From Phoronis australis (Eukaryota > Animalia > Phoronida): 64,000 nt of DNA. Under the pieces are notes generated by a model. That model had not been told where the DNA came from and searched no databases. It worked only from the letters and a program-made list of their open reading frames with translations. The position numbers and the translations under genes are program-made. Below are positions 61,228-64,000 of this stretch, piece by piece. The DNA is taken from the NCBI GenBank assembly GCA_002633005.1, contig NMRA01000185.1, positions 279,921 to 343,920 on the forward strand, read 5' to 3'. The first letter of the stretch is position 1; each line of letters opens with the position of its first letter.

Positions 61228-61908
61228 ATGGTTACTGCCCATTACTCCAAAAAACACTACAACTCCGAAAAACCTCTACTCCGAAAAGAAAACACTACTC
61301 CGAAGAAACCCACACCTCCTTCAAATATGTACACATTTGTTTCATTATATTATATTATTATATATTATATCAATACATGCGCTCGCCCAGTCTAAATTAT
61401 GGGGGCTGAAATTTTTGGCAATATGGACCTTTTACAAACAAAAAAACATGTGACTAAAAACGGGATATCACGTTCAGGGCTGTGAATTGTGCATTCGCGT
61501 CTTTTTAGTGGAATTTTGTCTCATTTTCTCGGACTTTTTGTTGTTTTGAGGCGGACCTTTTTGCCCACTTCGCCAAATGAGGGGCTCGTTTGAGCCCCTC
61601 GAGCCCACCTTGGGTGCGCGCATGTAATATGATAAATTTTCTCTCGATCAAGTGAACTTCAAAGAAGGTGAGATACAAGATTTGTTAACTACAAAGACAG
61701 TAATAATGGCAGAAATAAGTCATTGGACTTCATTGTCCAAATTTATTTTTGTGTGGGTATTTTGTTAGTAAGTAACAAATTAATAAACCATTCGTGAAAT
61801 TTTGAGAAAATTTGGGAAGATCGAGTAAAAAATCGTCGCAACGGTGTTTTTTCGGAGTAGCGTACTTTCAGAGCAGCTGTTTTTTTGAGTGGTAGCATGG
61901 GCTATCCA
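61228..61908. mobile_element. Decayed TIR element with ACTCCGAA subterminal repeats and a nested MITE fragment
   Basis: ACTCCGAAA repeats at the left end, TTTCGGAGT-like inverse at the right end. Confidence 0.5.
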
Positions 61909-62399
61909 CACTCCAGTAGTCAACGAAAAGGCTAGAACCGATGCTCTGTTGTAGGTATACAATCTCATCATAGCCATGTTGTTACTCAATGTCTACGCAA
62001 ATGGGGCCAAGTCTTGTGAAGAGCTGATGATGGTCCTTCAACAACCCTGTCTCAAGGAGATGTTGGCATATTTCTTCGTAGCAGGTCACCATAATTGTGT
62101 ACGGTACCTCCACTGGTGTAACAGTTTTCAAAATAAACCAAACAACGCGGAAATTCTTTTCGACTTGAATACGATAGCGCCTCCATGTACGTTTTAATTT
62201 TCATAATTTGCACGTAACTCCATTCATAAATAAACAATAAACGGCTACGCGCAATAATGTCAACTTAAACTACGATAAAGGGTTCGACAAACGTACGATA
62301 AGTGTTCGACTAAGGTGCCAGACACTTCTGGAAAGAAGTTTTTACCAAGTTTAGCCACTTGACATAATTCTTTCGAACTTTATATTGAAGTTTGCACTG

Positions 62400-63820
62400 T
62401 GTGGAGCACCTGTCCAATAATGTCAAAAAGTTCTACTCAAACCTGTACACAGCTGTCAACGCTTGGATGACAAGACTGTAGTACCAGCCGACCAATTCGA
62501 AGAACAGGCATACTGTATATCAAACGAGTAAAAGGTTCAGGGGCATTTTAATGAGAGCCGAGCAGTAAAGCAGTCATGTGGTTAGAGAGTTTCAGTGGTT
62601 GTGCCGACCTTGATGCTGTTGTGGAGAACATAAGTCATGTGGAATGAAAGTGGTGAAGAGCAAAGGTCACGTAGTGGAGTGACAGGAAAAGACTAAGTAC
62701 AAGATGGGAGTAGTGGACGTGGACGAGGATGACTAGAGAAAGACTGCGGAGGAAATAGAGAAGCACAGACACCTGCTCACTGACCTGCAGTCATATCTCC
62801 TTAACATCTGCAATCGCTGGGTAGATACCAGAACGAGCTGGTCATTGGGCATGAGCAGAGCAGTCAGATTTTTAGTTTTGGTAAGCAGTGAATGTTACAA
62901 AGCCATTTAGAAAAAGTTAAAATGCTGGAGTTGCTGAAGAAGCCTGCACTGTCGAGGGAAGGCCACGGCGTTGAGAGGCAGTTCAATTGCCCTAAGACAG
63001 CAATGTAACATTAACATAGCTGATATCTTTCAGTATGAACTTATTGAGTCCACTCCCTACACCCCAGATCGACAAATACGGCAGTCTGGGGAAGGGTGAA
63101 AACGGCATTTTGGTCATATCTCTTCGCGTTATGTCCCAAATCATTCTGCTGTAGAGGTGGTGTTGGTTGCTGTTGTCTAGCTTTTGTAGCAGGTCGCTTG
63201 GAGTGTTTCCAGAACTACAGGAGATTTAGGTAAAGCCTCGGCACTCTACTAGCCCCCTATCCTCCAGCTTGTGAAACAATTATTAGGTTTGAAAAACCTA
63301 ACCAAAGAGATCCCTACATATAGAACCATGAGGCGATAACGTGAGCAAATGTTGAGGAAGTCATGCTAACCCCTGTTCCCAAACACCCCCTTTGCCGCTA
63401 AACTGTTCTAAATAACGCCATATCAAACAACTTTCTATGTGTATCAAGCTATTCCCTTCTATTCTATAATAACACATGGTGAAGCAGAAGTCAAATGCTA
63501 AAAGTGGTGGAAGAAGGCACCCACACCATCAGAAACACTTGTGACAACACTGACGTCTCCGAGCTCTTGATTTATGGGACGTCAAATATGCCAGTAGACG
63601 CCAAGACTCAAATGGAGAAGTGGAATAGCAGTGTTTCGGACATAATGGAACATTTCAGAGATTTGACCTGAACAAGTGCCGCCAACATGAGAGGTCACAA
63701 GACGTGAGGGTACTGGACAGAGACTAGTTCTTGGTTTGAAAGAGCTGTCAGAGACTCCAATAACCCCTCTCTGAGTAGACAAGGAGGTGTCAAGTTGAAC
63801 TTATCGCAGTCAGTGACGCG
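62400..63820 (-). mobile_element. Possible highly decayed LINE (endonuclease-region) fragment
   Basis: Composition shift and broken coding-like reads on the minus strand; no intact motif. Confidence 0.25.
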
Positions 63821-64000
63821 TGGTCCATTGCCTTGAAGCCGTTCTCTATGAACACCGACGCATGGGGGGGAGGTGAAATTTTCTCGAGAATCAGTGAGTC
63901 ATCAATTCCCACTAGAAGAAGCCAGGCGGCTCCGCAAAGTCGGGAAATTTACATTATTTTATAGTTCCAGAAGTCATAGTTTATTAGTTTTCCCTCGATT

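Noticed and set aside
29200-64000. Most 60-130 aa ORFs in the distal half of the window
   Set aside because: No splice support or recognisable motifs; many use non-ATG starts and are expected by chance or come from repeats.

Overview
AT-rich, intron-containing animal genomic DNA, probably a marine invertebrate (inferred from gene structure and repeat types), with two assembly gaps. Three spliced genes were assembled by hand with phase-consistent GT-AG junctions. (1) The last 9 coding exons of IQCA1/DRC11, a ciliary IQ-AAA protein (+, 521-10684). (2) A convergent, complete 11-coding-exon gene (-, 21422-13784, 455 aa) for an uncharacterised type II membrane protein with a GalT/HIT-like lumenal domain (CDFC, NTF, GASQIHPHLH). 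(3) A tentative 4-exon gene (-, 51200-44318, about 215 aa) resembling a secreted prepropeptide. The rest is mostly non-autonomous DNA transposons/MITEs, tRNA-derived SINEs, and decayed Ty3/Gypsy, LINE and THAP-transposon remnants. The most striking unexplained pattern is that 6 of the 18 coding-intron 5' splice sites in genes 1 and 2 sit at or in local tandem duplications, each with an unrelated unit. One array leaves three identical in-frame donors 39 nt apart.
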